From the NCBI GenBank assembly GCA_038496445.1, contig JALMLS010000336.1, positions 62,001 through 126,000 of the forward strand: a DNA stretch of 64,000 nt, given 5' to 3'. The notes under the pieces are model-generated. The model did not search any database, was not told the DNA's origin, and saw only the letters and a program-made list of their open reading frames with translations. Position numbers and translations under genes: made by a program. The DNA is from Trichosphaerium sp. ATCC 40318 (lineage: Eukaryota; Protista; Tubulinea). Below, piece after piece: positions 1 to 11,440 of this stretch (position 1 is its first letter; each line of letters opens with the position of its first letter).

Positions 1-133
1 AAGGAAGAACAAGAATGTAGTTTGTAGAAGAGCGTAGGCCATTTTTCCTCGACAAGTGAATTCGTTGATATCTAACTAAAAACCACGAGTTTTCTGAACG
101 CCTTTGACCCTGCTGGACCATGGCTACATTCAT

Positions 134-205
134 ATTTCATCTGCTAATTAAGGGGCAAACCCCAGGTTCGATGGAGAACCTGAGTTATACTAAAAAAGTA
201 ACGCG
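134..205. ncRNA. Candidate structured element, copy 1 (unknown family)
   Basis: ATTTCATCTGCTAAT, then a small variable hairpin, then stem CAGGTTC/GAACCTG with loop GATGGA, then GTAACGCG. Recurs at 426-490 with compensatory stem changes. Confidence 0.45.
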
Positions 206-425
206 AAACAGGATTTTTTCAACAAAATTCAATTTTTAAAGTACGCTATCACAACAACACGTGTTTTTACAAAAAAAAGTCTTTTATTTTTCTAATTAGT
301 TTGTCATTTTTGGCACGTAACAAGAACCTTTCCGGGCACCATAACTTAATCACCATAGGCGCTTACAGCTGTATCTTTACACGTATTTAAGCTCCGCTTA
401 AGTCAAATAAACCAAACAAACAAAC

Positions 426-490
426 ATTTCATCTGCTAATAGGTGCTTTCCCAAGCTCGATGGAGAGCTTGTGTTGTACACTGTAACGCG
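426..490. ncRNA. Candidate structured element, copy 2 (unknown family)
   Basis: Identical 15-mer ATTTCATCTGCTAAT; stem CAAGCTC/GAGCTTG with the same GATGGA loop; GTAACGCG downstream. Confidence 0.45.
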
Positions 491-577
491 GATCGCGGTA
501 AAGTCCGGATCAAATCAACGTATTTGCAACAAGTATTTTATTATTGTACAGCATTTTGCGAGAGAGGGATTGTTCAT

Positions 578-3500
578 TCACATACCACTATCTTTCTCTA
601 TAATTTTGTTCATAGCATCGATTATTTGCATTAATGAAGGGCGACCTTCAGGAACCAGACATCGACATTTGTTCATCAAATCCTAAAATGAAAACTTAGC
701 ATACGCTTGATAAAAACAATAGGATTTGGTGTTTCAACGTACAACAACTAGTTCAGGTGCATCATCTGGTATATCTAACTCTGGCATTTTACCTGCCTTT
801 GCACCAAGTGCAATATCAATAACGTCAGTATCATCATAAGGTGGTCTTCTTGCAATCTTTAAGTACTTAGTTAATACAAAGTTTCTCTTACAACTGTTTG
901 TGCTTTTTAGGCTTACCACTTCATAAAGCATTGTTCCATACATGAAAACATCAGAAGCTATAGAGTATTTTTTATGTGAGATAGATTCTGGTGCCATACA
1001 CTAAACACAAAGAACGGTAAGTAGGCTTTTAAGTCAGTGAAAAAATATATAAAAGAGGGTACCTGAATGGGACCTCTGTAAGATGTTGATCGAAGATACA
1101 TTGCATTATCTTCCATAAACTTACTGACACCGAAATCAGTTATGACAGCTTGCCAGTTATTCCTAACAAGAACGTTTCTTGAAGCTAATAAAATAAGATT
1201 AACTATTGACTAAACCAAAGTTCAAATTGTTTATCAAAGAAAAGAGTTGATAGATAGGTAAAAATGACGTTCAACGCCTGGCTTGAAGAAGTGCTTTAGT
1301 AAAGCAATCAAATCATAGCAAAGGCAAGAATAGTCGTATGACCGGAATCAAACAGGTAAAAAGTGTCAGTAAAGTCTTCCGTACCAACATCTCGATGTAA
1401 TAGATTATTACTATGTAAAAATAAAAGACCATTAGCTGCATCAATAAGCATCTGGTATATTGTTCCCATAGAAACTGAATCCTTTTGTTTTATCAAAATA
1501 TCCCAAAGTGATCCCTACACAAAAAACCACGTGGGTCAGCCGACAAGCAACAACAAAAACTTAATAAAAAACTAGGATGAACTCAAAAGATAGTTGACTC
1601 GTACCCTTGGACAGTATTCCATAATGATAGACAACTTATCAGTAGAGCTTATAGAAACACCTATTGTCTTAATAACATTCTGATGGTTACCCATTTTAAT
1701 CATAAAAGCAGCTTCTTGTAAACCAACTTGAACATTCTCAAGAAATAGTTGCTTCACAGCAACTTTCTCTCCTTTGTATAGACCCAAGTACACGGTCCCC
1801 TGCAATACAAATTCAATAAGAAAAACAACAAATAACTACTGAAGAAGGAGAATATAATAGACGTACAAATGATCCTTGACCAAGAGTCTCATGTGTTTCA
1901 ATTTCATCACTTGAAATGTTTTCAACATTAACATACTGTTTCCTAGGTTTGTTTTCTTCCTGTAATAGATCCTGAGGCCATTCATTTGCTTGAGGTTGTA
2001 GTTGCTCTTGTTGTTGGTGAGACCATTCTAGAGGTTGTGGTACAAGAAGGTCAGAAGGATCTTGTGGTTGCGCTTGATACTCTTGAGTAGGTTCACCATA
2101 AGGGAACGCTGGCTCTACTGGATACTGTCCATCTTCACGCTAACAAATAAGTTAGGCTTACAAAGCGCCTGCTTGGCATAAAAAGGCGTACATAATGCTG
2201 CTGTTGTCCACCAAGGAGACTTTGGCTTTCACCTCCTTCTTGTCCAACAAACACTGGATTACGAATATTTTGAACTGGATCAATATCATCTTTGTGATTC
2301 TTGTACCTTTGGTAACAAAAAGAACAAGTAACCAAAAACCCGCAGAAAAGAAAAATACCAGCAACAATCAGTACATATACATATTCTGGCACTTTAACAT
2401 GCTTAGGGGCTGGAATTGTAGGTGTTGGCGGGACAGGAGAGAACGTCCTCATTGGAGGCAGATCTTTGTAAGGAGTTGTGTCAGGAGTTGGTACTTGTGT
2501 TGGAGCGTTTGTAAGGGAAGCTGGTGGTATTGTAGACTGTGTTGTTGGTGATACTGTAGTGATTGGATCCTTGAAAGGGTAGTTTGGATTACTTATGTTA
2601 ATTGTACATAAAGAACAAAATCCAGCATCTGTTGTATTGCTTTGAAAGAAAAAAGACAGTTAGTATGAAGAAATAATAGCTGTCAAACAAAAATAAAGAT
2701 AGGCGGTTTTGAGTGCATAAGACAAAGGAGTTTATAACGTACAGACACAGTTGTGTAAATATTTTACACCTGTTTGAGTGCTCTGATATTAAAGACTGTT
2801 TTCTTGCTTCCCAGAAGCTTAATGATAAGCTATTAATATCACTGGGACTTTGCGATGTTGTTAAGGTAGGTTCAACATGCAGAAGATGTTGTTTATTCAA
2901 GTTACTAGTAACTAAAGTTAATAATCTTTGTTGTTCATTATATCTCCCAACGTGCCTTTGTGTTACCTCGCTTGAACTCCTTCCACCCCAATAATTATGA
3001 GATAGTGTGTTGTTAATAACGTTATCACTATTCAAGTCAACATCATTACCATAAAATGAATTACGAATGACTTTTTGTGTGATATCGTCATCAACAACTA
3101 ATCCACTATAACTATAACGTATTGTATTGTACTGTATAATGGGTACTTCTCCATCAATAGCATCATCGTGTTTATTCAGAAAAACGTTAATCTAACGCAT
3201 CATAGTACTGTTAGAGACATCAAAAATAAAGGAAGGTCCGTACCTGATTTTTTTCTATTATGTTGTTTGAGACATAAACATTCTGAATGAAATTCACGTC
3301 CACTGCTTTGTAGTTGAAAGCGAAATAACATCTTGATACATTCGCATGAAAGGATACTTCCATACCACATATGGAAGAGCCATAGACAACACTTTTTGTC
3401 ATAGATATTGAGGTATTAATATTTTGTGCTCTCATAGTTGGTGTGTTCAATGAAGGTCCTTGTACGTTTGCAAAAAATATACAATCAGATATAACACCTA

Positions 3501-4252
3501 CATAATAAAGTTAAGTGTATTAAAACCACTAGAACACAAGCAAATTTATATTCCTAAAGTAAAAATGATAAAAACTAGTGAGGTGACATTGTTATTTTGT
3601 TGTTTCACTTACCACCATATATTTTAAAGTATTGTGCGTATTTAACAATAACATGACTGAGATGCGATGAAGGACCATAGTCCTCTGTGTGTAAATAGCT
3701 AATATTCAAAGAAACAGTGTCTATTGTAGTGTAATTCATTACTACTCTCCCTTTGACAAGAATCGAATTCTTTGATGTAAAGCCCTACAACAGTATCAGA
3801 AAAAAGTTGAAAACACTCTGAGGTTACAAAGGGTAGTATCACGTGTTATACCTTTAAAAGCACGGGATCAGACTCTGTTCCTTCACAATATATCCCTTGT
3901 TCAACTGTAAGTATCCCTTCCTTAGTGAAAGTCAGATAAAAGACAAAAAAGAACAAAGATTTCAAAGAAATTGCGACAATGCGATTTACGTTATGAAATT
4001 CCACGATAACGCCGGCGTGTATTATTAAAGGTTGTTCTACAATACGTTGATCACTTATAACGTATGTTCCATGCTCTTTTGTCCACTAGAGAGTATTGTG
4101 AATTCGTTAATGTCAAAAAAGCGTAAATTAGGTTGAATACGCCAACCTATAGCGTTACAAGAAGTATTACGTACTATTTTATTTTGGCATACACCCAACG
4201 TAATTACTAATGATATGAACACCGCAAATACGCGTGTTCGCGCGTAGTTCAT
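578..4252 (-). CDS. Single-pass receptor-like tyrosine kinase / TKL kinase (multi-exon)
   Basis: Signal peptide (MNYARTRVFAVFISLVITLGVC), beta-rich ectodomain, Pro/Thr stalk and TM (YVYVLIVAGIFLFCGFLV). Kinase motifs GQGSFGTVY, VAVK, HRDVASRNVL, DFG, MAPE, SDVFMYG. Stop TGA at 578-580. Confidence 0.85.
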
Positions 4253-4455
4253 AGTATGAGCAACAGCTTTTGCGAAAGAATACAACCAGAATATTTTTTG
4301 AACCTTTTTTGACCAAAATAAACCTCTTTAGGCAATACTACCGTGTTTTAGCAGTTGGCGGGTTTACTTGTCTGACTCAACATTAAATCAAGGCTTAGAG
4401 CGCGTTTTGAACTCATTCTGACTGAATACTTTATCTCTTTTTTACAATTTTGGTT

Positions 4456-5407
4456 TTACATAGCTCCAGGCTGTCCTCTACGGTTCGTTCCTGGTTTTGA
4501 CGATGCTTGAGCACCCATTTCTAATCCCTCTATAAACTTTCCGTACTGTGTCTTCTGTAGCACATCACCAACACCCAAAAACCACTCTCTGAGTGTTTTC
4601 TCCTTTGTTACAGGGTCGAATGTTTTAAAGGCGAATAATCGCTTGTGCTTGTTGTGACGCCCAGGTACAGGCTTAATACCAGTACGTCTATTATACATCT
4701 TTGTCTGAGTGGTACCAAAGAACGTCAAATTAGACACCTGAAGGTAGCGTGGATCTACAAAAAAGAAGTCAAAAAAAAACCGTTTAGATGTCAAAACTAG
4801 TTCATTACTGCAAAAGCAGTACGAAGCAATAGAATAGATCAGTGTCTAATAGATTAGTGGAGAAAGGCAATGATTAATTTACCTGACACGAAGGCAATCT
4901 CGCAAATCGTTGCTTTGGCCTTTAAATGACTGTAAGTGATCCAAGCCAGAGTGAATAGTAATGGCGGTACGACAAGGAGAGGGTTGGATACAGAAGCTAC
5001 ACCCCAAGCGTGAATAGGAAGCTATTTAGGTAGTTTTTAATAAATAATTTTTAAAATCTTGTTAATTCGCTTACTGCTGCCAGTGATACCATGCAATTAC
5101 AAAATACGCCCGTCTTCCATATTTGTTTCATCTTCCAGAAGGGTGGTAAAGCTTCTGGTGCTGGCTGATTATTCTAGAAATAAAGTGAGTGTTTATAAAC
5201 TCAACTAGTAGCTGTTGTAGCGCGTACAGTTGAATAACAGACTCTTGTTACGCGTAATGGTGCTTGTGGTGTACGAATTTTTTTCACGCTTGTGCGAGTA
5301 CCTCGGGAGACGCTAGGGTGTATGTAAGAGCTAAATTATTCAAAAGAATATTTGACGTACCGTATTACCCCCGATCTGGCTGTAAATCCACGTCCGAGAG
5401 CAATCAT
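4456..5407 (-). CDS. Putative mitochondrial inner-membrane protein, TMEM70/TMEM186/TMEM223-like
   Basis: Spliced product starts MIALGRGFTARSGVSRGTRTSVKKIR (Arg-rich presequence-like), has two hydrophobic segments, then ICEIAF..DPRYLQVSNLTFFG, resembling the post-TM beta motif of this family. Confidence 0.55.
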
Positions 5408-5497
5408 GGTAGTATAAGCCGACTTGTGAAAGCTAAGAGCTTAACCAAGTTGTAAATTAGTCATACTTCTTCCTGGCCACTAATTCTTCACTTGCCC

Positions 5498-6658
5498 ATG
5501 TCGGCATCAAAGCTATTGGGATACAAGGTATTGTTACGCGAAGCTTTCTTAAACGTTACACTTTTTATTGGCTGTATTTCTCATAATACTATCTGTAATA
5601 CGCGTTTTTAGGTACCTGGAAAGGTTGGTTATCCTCCACACGAATGTCCAATAACTGGCGTGCCTATTGCTGTATACGCGCGACTGGCACGTTAATTTAG
5701 CGGTGGTGATGCTCTAACGCGTTAAATAGCTTCCCTGTCAACACATTTGCAGTTTAGACAGTTGGACCAACTATGAGAAAGCACACGGCATGATATGCGC
5801 AGTGTACGCGTAAATAACGAATATCTATCTAATTAAAATAACTGAACGCCAGATGTAACGCTAAAGTCGAATCATACGAATCCTATGATTGCAAGACAAA
5901 CCAAATATACGTCTGTCGTTGGCCTGATTGTGACAGAAGCTATTTAAATGAATACAGCTTTCAACAACATCAAACAATCAGAAAACATAAGCGAGAGTCA
6001 CCACCATCAAACACACATAACAACAAGTCTCATTCACCAATAAGTAATAACACGCAGCAACGAGATTCACCTTCAAAACATGTCCCAAGAGGTGGTAGAC
6101 CACCACAATCCTATCCACCAATGGGATCACACAACAGACGTACGCACAAAGAGCAAAGATAATAATTAAATCATCAACAAAAAAACTGAATCTTTTTTCT
6201 TCTTTTAGCGCCTCCACACTATCCACATCAAGATAATCAACATCAAAACTATCGTAGTCATAATAATAACCATAGTCACAACCGAGGTAGAACGTACAAT
6301 AACAACAATGGCGGTGGTGGTGGGAACAACTACGATAATAATAATAGAGGTTATAATAATAATAATACGTACAACAGAGGTGGTGGCATGCATAGGAATA
6401 ATCGAGGGCGTACGTATTGTCCATGTTCTGCTTGTTTGCTTCTTTTCGAAAAACATTCTCCGACGCGTGTTACGTCATCGAAACTCCTTCATGTAGTTAT
6501 CTCCTTAGCGATTAACAAGTATCATAGGTAATAACAATAACCCTCAGTTTAACAACAACTGGAATGGGCAACCACAACACCATCAAAGAGACTATGATCG
6601 TGGTAGGAGAGGGCGTGGTTACCAGCAACAGCAGTATAACAACAACAATTTTTACTGA
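5498..6658 (+). CDS. CBLL1: Hakai/CBLL1-like protein (degenerate RING, C2H2/HYB zinc finger, low-complexity R/G/N tail)
   Basis: Spliced product HECPITGVPIAVYARLLPCQHICSLDS..MICAVCNAKVESYE..IYVCRWPDCDRSYLNEYSFQQHQTIRKH matches the Hakai pattern (PIxIYGRxxPCxH..CPxC..FxC..CxRxYLS..H..RH). Confidence 0.7.
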
Positions 6659-7593
6659 TCTTTCTTCAAACCAAAAAAAAAAAACAGAGAAAAAAAAAGC
6701 AAGCTCCAAAAACCCATTTGTACTTTCCACAGTAAGCACTTTTAGTGCGTAGGAGTGCGTGTATGATATTATTTGTAAAATAGAGAACGTTTAAAAACAA
6801 CTACTAAGCCTCTGACGTTACGTTTCCCATTCAAAAAAGCGTCGTAGTTATTTTTAAGCCCAATTGGCATCCGACGTCCGATATTGCTAAAAGGAAGTTC
6901 TCCTACAGTCTCTTTTGGTTTGAGGTTGTGGAATAATTTGTCACGTGATTAGTTTATGACAGCTACCTGTTGATACAGTGTAGCGATTGCGTAGAGCTTT
7001 AAACTAGAAGGATTTGTGTTCTCAATACTTACTTGACTGGAGTATTTTTAAAAAGTATCATCCCCGACTCCACACGCTTTGTGTTCTTATGAGCGATAGT
7101 GTAGGTACTCTAGAGCGTTGTAATACGCCTCGAAATTTCGCAACGAGATGCTGCGTCGTATATAACGCGATATATACTCTACAATACGCGAGTGATCAGT
7201 AAAATAAAGAAAAAAGAAGGCAAGAATTACAAAAATCATTGATGTTCAAAAACTCTGGTTGTAACTTTGTTTATGTCGTTCCTAAACAACTGCAGTTAAC
7301 CCACATATGTTCTCATAGGTTTCTAGATACATTATCTTAACTCAGCATACGAAAAGGGGTAGTTCGGTATGGTGTGAGACAATTATTCGTGCACATAAGT
7401 CACAGCTTTCTAAAAAGTTTGGTGTCAGCAATAAGTGCGTATACGCACCTCGTAACATTGGTTTCAACAAATTGAGCATAGACAGCAAGAAAACCACGTA
7501 AGAAACCTCATGAAAATCTTATCGATCCAAGTCCTACCTTTTTGTAAATATATCACGTGACCAAAGCATAGAGAGACTCGAAAATACACTTAG

Positions 7594-10500
7594 ATGAGTC
7601 AAAAAAAAAACCTCAAGGCTGTAGCAGCTAAACTTAAAAATTATCAAAAGCCGGTGCGTGATAACATATTATATAGTATCATACGCTCTTTATACATTAT
7701 TTTTATGTATCCTAAATTGTTATTTGGTTTACTTTTTAGTCTCCAATTTTTTTTGTGTCGAGAAACAAACATTTTTAGTTGAAACTCTTTTCTTTTCTTA
7801 TTTACTTACTCCTTGATAGAAGGAGCAGTACAACCCCGAAGAAGGCAAAGTACCACTCACAGTATTGCTACCTATAGACTGGTTACTGAAGAATGGTAAG
7901 CTAAGACGCTGTGGTTGTATTACGAGGCAGTATTGTTAAAAAATTCTTTTTTCAGGTATTGACACTGTAGGACTATTTCGAGAGTCAGCTGTTATTACAG
8001 GTAGTGTAAACGACACTTCCCTTTTTAAATATTTACTCTTTTTGCTTTTTTTACTTTGTTTCTATTTTTAATAATCACGTGTGTTTTTGAAGACGTCAAA
8101 GCAGTAAAATCAGACTTGGATAGAAGAAAGAGAGGAAAATTTGACAAGTGTTCAGACCCACATATCATCGCAGGGGTTTTGAAATTGTTCTTGAATGAAC
8201 TTAAAGGTGATACTTTAATTCCAATAGGTACTATTCCCACGTAGTTTTCTGTAAACCCTTCTTTTTTTCTGTTGTAGTCAAAGCGTTCATCAATACTTTT
8301 TTTTTTTGTTTGTACTCTTAACGCCTGTTTTAGAACTTCGTGATGTATTCCTTGTATCAGCGGGTACACGTCTAACTCATAATAATTTATTTATTTATCT
8401 TATTGTTTTCGTCTAGAGATTCCTCAACTACAGGTCGCTGTAGAGAAACTTCAAGCTGCAATAAGATTAATGCCAGCGCACGTGATCTTTTTTATTTGTA
8501 TTTTTACTTATTTATTATTTACAGAGGCAATCGCATTATTTTAGCGCTTCTTATGCATCTACTACATAAAGTACACCTAAAAGGTTCCCATAACAAAATG
8601 CCCAAGGTACTAAAAGCCCCCTACACGCGGAGAAACAAATAAAACGAAAAAACCAATTTTTTTTAGGAGAACTTGGCGATTGTATTTGGACCTTCACTTG
8701 TCAGGTAACAGTTTGGAAAAAAAGTTTCGTCTGCCATTCATCATCCTAATAATTTTTGTTTATGTAGTATACAGTCTAGGGACCTTAGAGAAGCACAAAT
8801 AAAGTCAAAACTTGGTATTAGACTAGCGGAGATACTTATAGAATACTACGAGCAAATTTTCAGAGTAAGAGGAAACAAAAAAAAACCGACTTAACTAAGT
8901 GGCTTAGAATGTACCTGTAAGGAAGGTAGTTGAACAAGAATTGCTCGCAGCAAGTGGAGATGAAGAAGAATCTACGACCACACAAACAAGAGTAGCAACG
9001 CCCAGAAAGGTATACCATGTTTCACATCAACAGACTTCCTCTGAAAAAAAAACTAAACGAGTTCCAAAAAAAGCAACAGAAGGATGCAGCCCTTCACTGT
9101 TTCGTATCTCCTTATATTTACGGTTTCTATTAGGCTCGGCGGTTATCTTCACCAAGAAGCAAAAGAAAATTAGTCAGAGAACGCCGACAATCATTCGCAG
9201 AACACAGACATTCAAGAATGGGAAGTTTACCTGAAAGTTACAGTGTTGGAAGAAGGAGACCAACAGCTGGTAATATTCCGTTTACAAGAAGTGGTGGATC
9301 AGTACATCAAAGACGCCATAAGTCAGACAGCAGAGCACAAGTCAGAAAAGGTAAGTGCAGAAAACATTTTCAATTAATTCTATGTTTTTTTTAATCTCAC
9401 GTGATTTTGTTCAGTGAGATCTGCTTCGACAAGTAGTATGATGGGAATGCCAGCTAAACTGAAAAAAAGTAATAGTACAGGAGCTGGTAGGAACGATGAA
9501 ATAAGGAGTTATGCTATGGATACTAGTATTTTAGCTGTACGTTAGAGATCTGTTCTTTAGTATTGTTAACTTATTAATTTTCTTTGTGCAGAGTACACGA
9601 GCTGCTTTTACAAAAGTCCAGAAAAACGATGGCCAGAGACCTAAAAGGATTGCTCATTTGTTCTATGGAGGTACAAAATATCTAAGCTAGAGTCTTACTT
9701 AAGTTAAATATAAGGTGGTTATTGGGTGATGGTCACTGAAGTGAATCCAGTAAGTTTTAAAAAAAAACGCTGCCAGAACTACTTGTTACGAACCTACTGA
9801 CCTCTATTAATAGATTACAGACAAACAAACTCTTTATAGTTGCGTTACATATCCTAAAGTACACATGCAACAGCGTTTAAGATCAAAACAGTTGATTAAA
9901 GAGGTAACACAGTATTAAATCAATATTTGGCTGACTAGTTTTCTTAAGCTCAGCTATCACACTGGTCGATGGGTAACACAAAAATTTTATGCTATGTGCG
10001 CTGTATTTAATTAGCAATTTAGGTTGTAGTATCCGAAACTTGGCTTGACAAGAAAAGTATGCCTTGGCAGGTACGTAAAGTGCTGATAATTTGTTCACTT
10101 TTTTGCAAGAAAGTTTTAACTTTAACTTTTGTTGTAGTCAATAGAAACTTCTGGATTTCTTATTCAAGGTATTGTTATAAAGGTTACATTTCGATAAATA
10201 CTTAAATTTAATATAGCACGTCTTCAAGAGACATGGGACAAAGGAAATCGCATAAATTCTCTACGTTATTGTAAGTAGCTTTTTCCTCTTTTTTTCCTTT
10301 TTTTCGGACACGTGTTGTCTCATTGTCGCCTCTACGATACTACACGGAGCAAAACTATTTATTTCCAAAAGAAAAGAGCTGTTTTTCTACCAACAGTAGT
10401 CAAGTCTTACCTTTTCAAAACAGGTAACAGGCGATGGGTGTATATTTCAGAAAAATGTGTAAAAAAGGCGCCTAAACAATACTTGCATGTATCAAAGGAG

Positions 10501-11058
10501 TTTCCACGTGAGGAAATGTATTCTTTGTTGAAGGAACAAAAGAGAATACAATGTTTAGTTTATGGTGACGGAAAGTGGGTACTCATTGCTGAAGAGGTAC
10601 ACGTGGTTTTTGAAACGATTCAGAAAAAAATACTGGTTTTGAAACAAAGATCGAGTTTTCTTGGTTTTGTCTGGTGTTGACACATTTAATAGTCCGATGA
10701 GCCGTTCATACAAACATTCTTAATAACGAAGAAAGGATTCCCATCTCAAAAAATATCAGAGTTTTACGCTGATGGTTTAATCATTCGTATCCTTTTTTTT
10801 TTTGAAACTTTTTTGATTTACCTCTCGCCCTTATTTTGATGCCTTCACTTTATCTAAGATTCAATTTTTTACGCTTGTGAGAGCTGGGTTGTTATTGCAG
10901 AAGGAAGTGCAAAAACAAGAGATGCACATCAACAAGTTATAAAGGTACAGTGGTTGAGTTTTGAATACTTTCTTTCCATTCTTTTTTTTGTCACTAATTT
11001 TTTTCAATAGCAAAGAATTTTCCCTGAAGCAGTACTGGCCAAGCTTGGATTTTCATAA
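7594..11058 (+). CDS. RhoGAP with a C-terminal domain of short Trp/Tyr-Gly repeats
   Basis: Spliced exons give GIDTVGLFRES, DPHIIAGVLKLFLNEL, MPAGNRIILALLMHLL, NKMPKENLAIVFGPSL. C-terminal repeats of the type FP...I..L.YGDGKWVLIAE. Confidence 0.85.
10787..10858 (+). other. U12-type (minor spliceosome) GT-AG intron
   Basis: 5' site GTATCCTTTT; branch-like GCCTTCAC about 10 nt before the AG. Removal restores ..GLIIH SIFYACESWVVIAE; read-through hits a TGA. Confidence 0.7.
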
Positions 11059-11440
11059 TCTCACTTTACAACCTATAACTGCTTTCATTTTTCGTATTTC
11101 TATTACTCTTATTTTTTACCTATTGCGTATTCGCTGGTGGCAAGTGTAAATGAAAAATCAAATGTAATGCTCTTTTTGAGACATTTTTGTACTTAAAGTT
11201 TTGAAATAAAAACGCAATGTCTTAATGTTGAGTGTAAGATACATACGTATATTTATAAAATTTATCACCCACAAGGGGTACATAGTATACTTGTCACTAA
11301 ATAGCGCATGAGACAACATTGAACCAAGTCTTTAGATTGAAGATCCAACTCACTTTTTATGGCTATTTAATTTGAAGTGTCATTGTTACATTACCAAAGT
11401 CAAAATCTCTCCTTGTAAAAAGCAATTCTTCCGTAGTAGG

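Noticed and set aside
336-372. Dictyostelid Class I RNA-like CTTACAGC and DUSE-like CACCATAA
   Set aside because: Only partial matches, with the wrong spacing and no terminal stem.
134-490. Fluoride riboswitch, HDV-like, hammerhead, pistol or U4 identity for the tandem motif
   Set aside because: GAUGGAG and GCUAAU occur in the wrong order and pairing for the fluoride riboswitch. There is no nested P1-P3 topology, no CUGAUGA/GAAA core, and no Sm site or U4 5' domain.
1366-1377. 11-mer AGACTTTACTG shared between the long kinase intron and the Rho intron element
   Set aside because: The similarity does not extend and no equivalent fold was found; it is plausibly chance.
5408-5507. In-frame N-terminal extension of the TMEM-like gene from an ATG at 5507 via a 34-nt intron
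   Set aside because: It overlaps the first codons of the opposite-strand Hakai gene and would bury the presequence; there is no other support.
5978-6496. Tyr-rich and Ile-rich ORFs in the ORF track
   Set aside because: They are antisense or off-frame shadows of the low-complexity Hakai tail.
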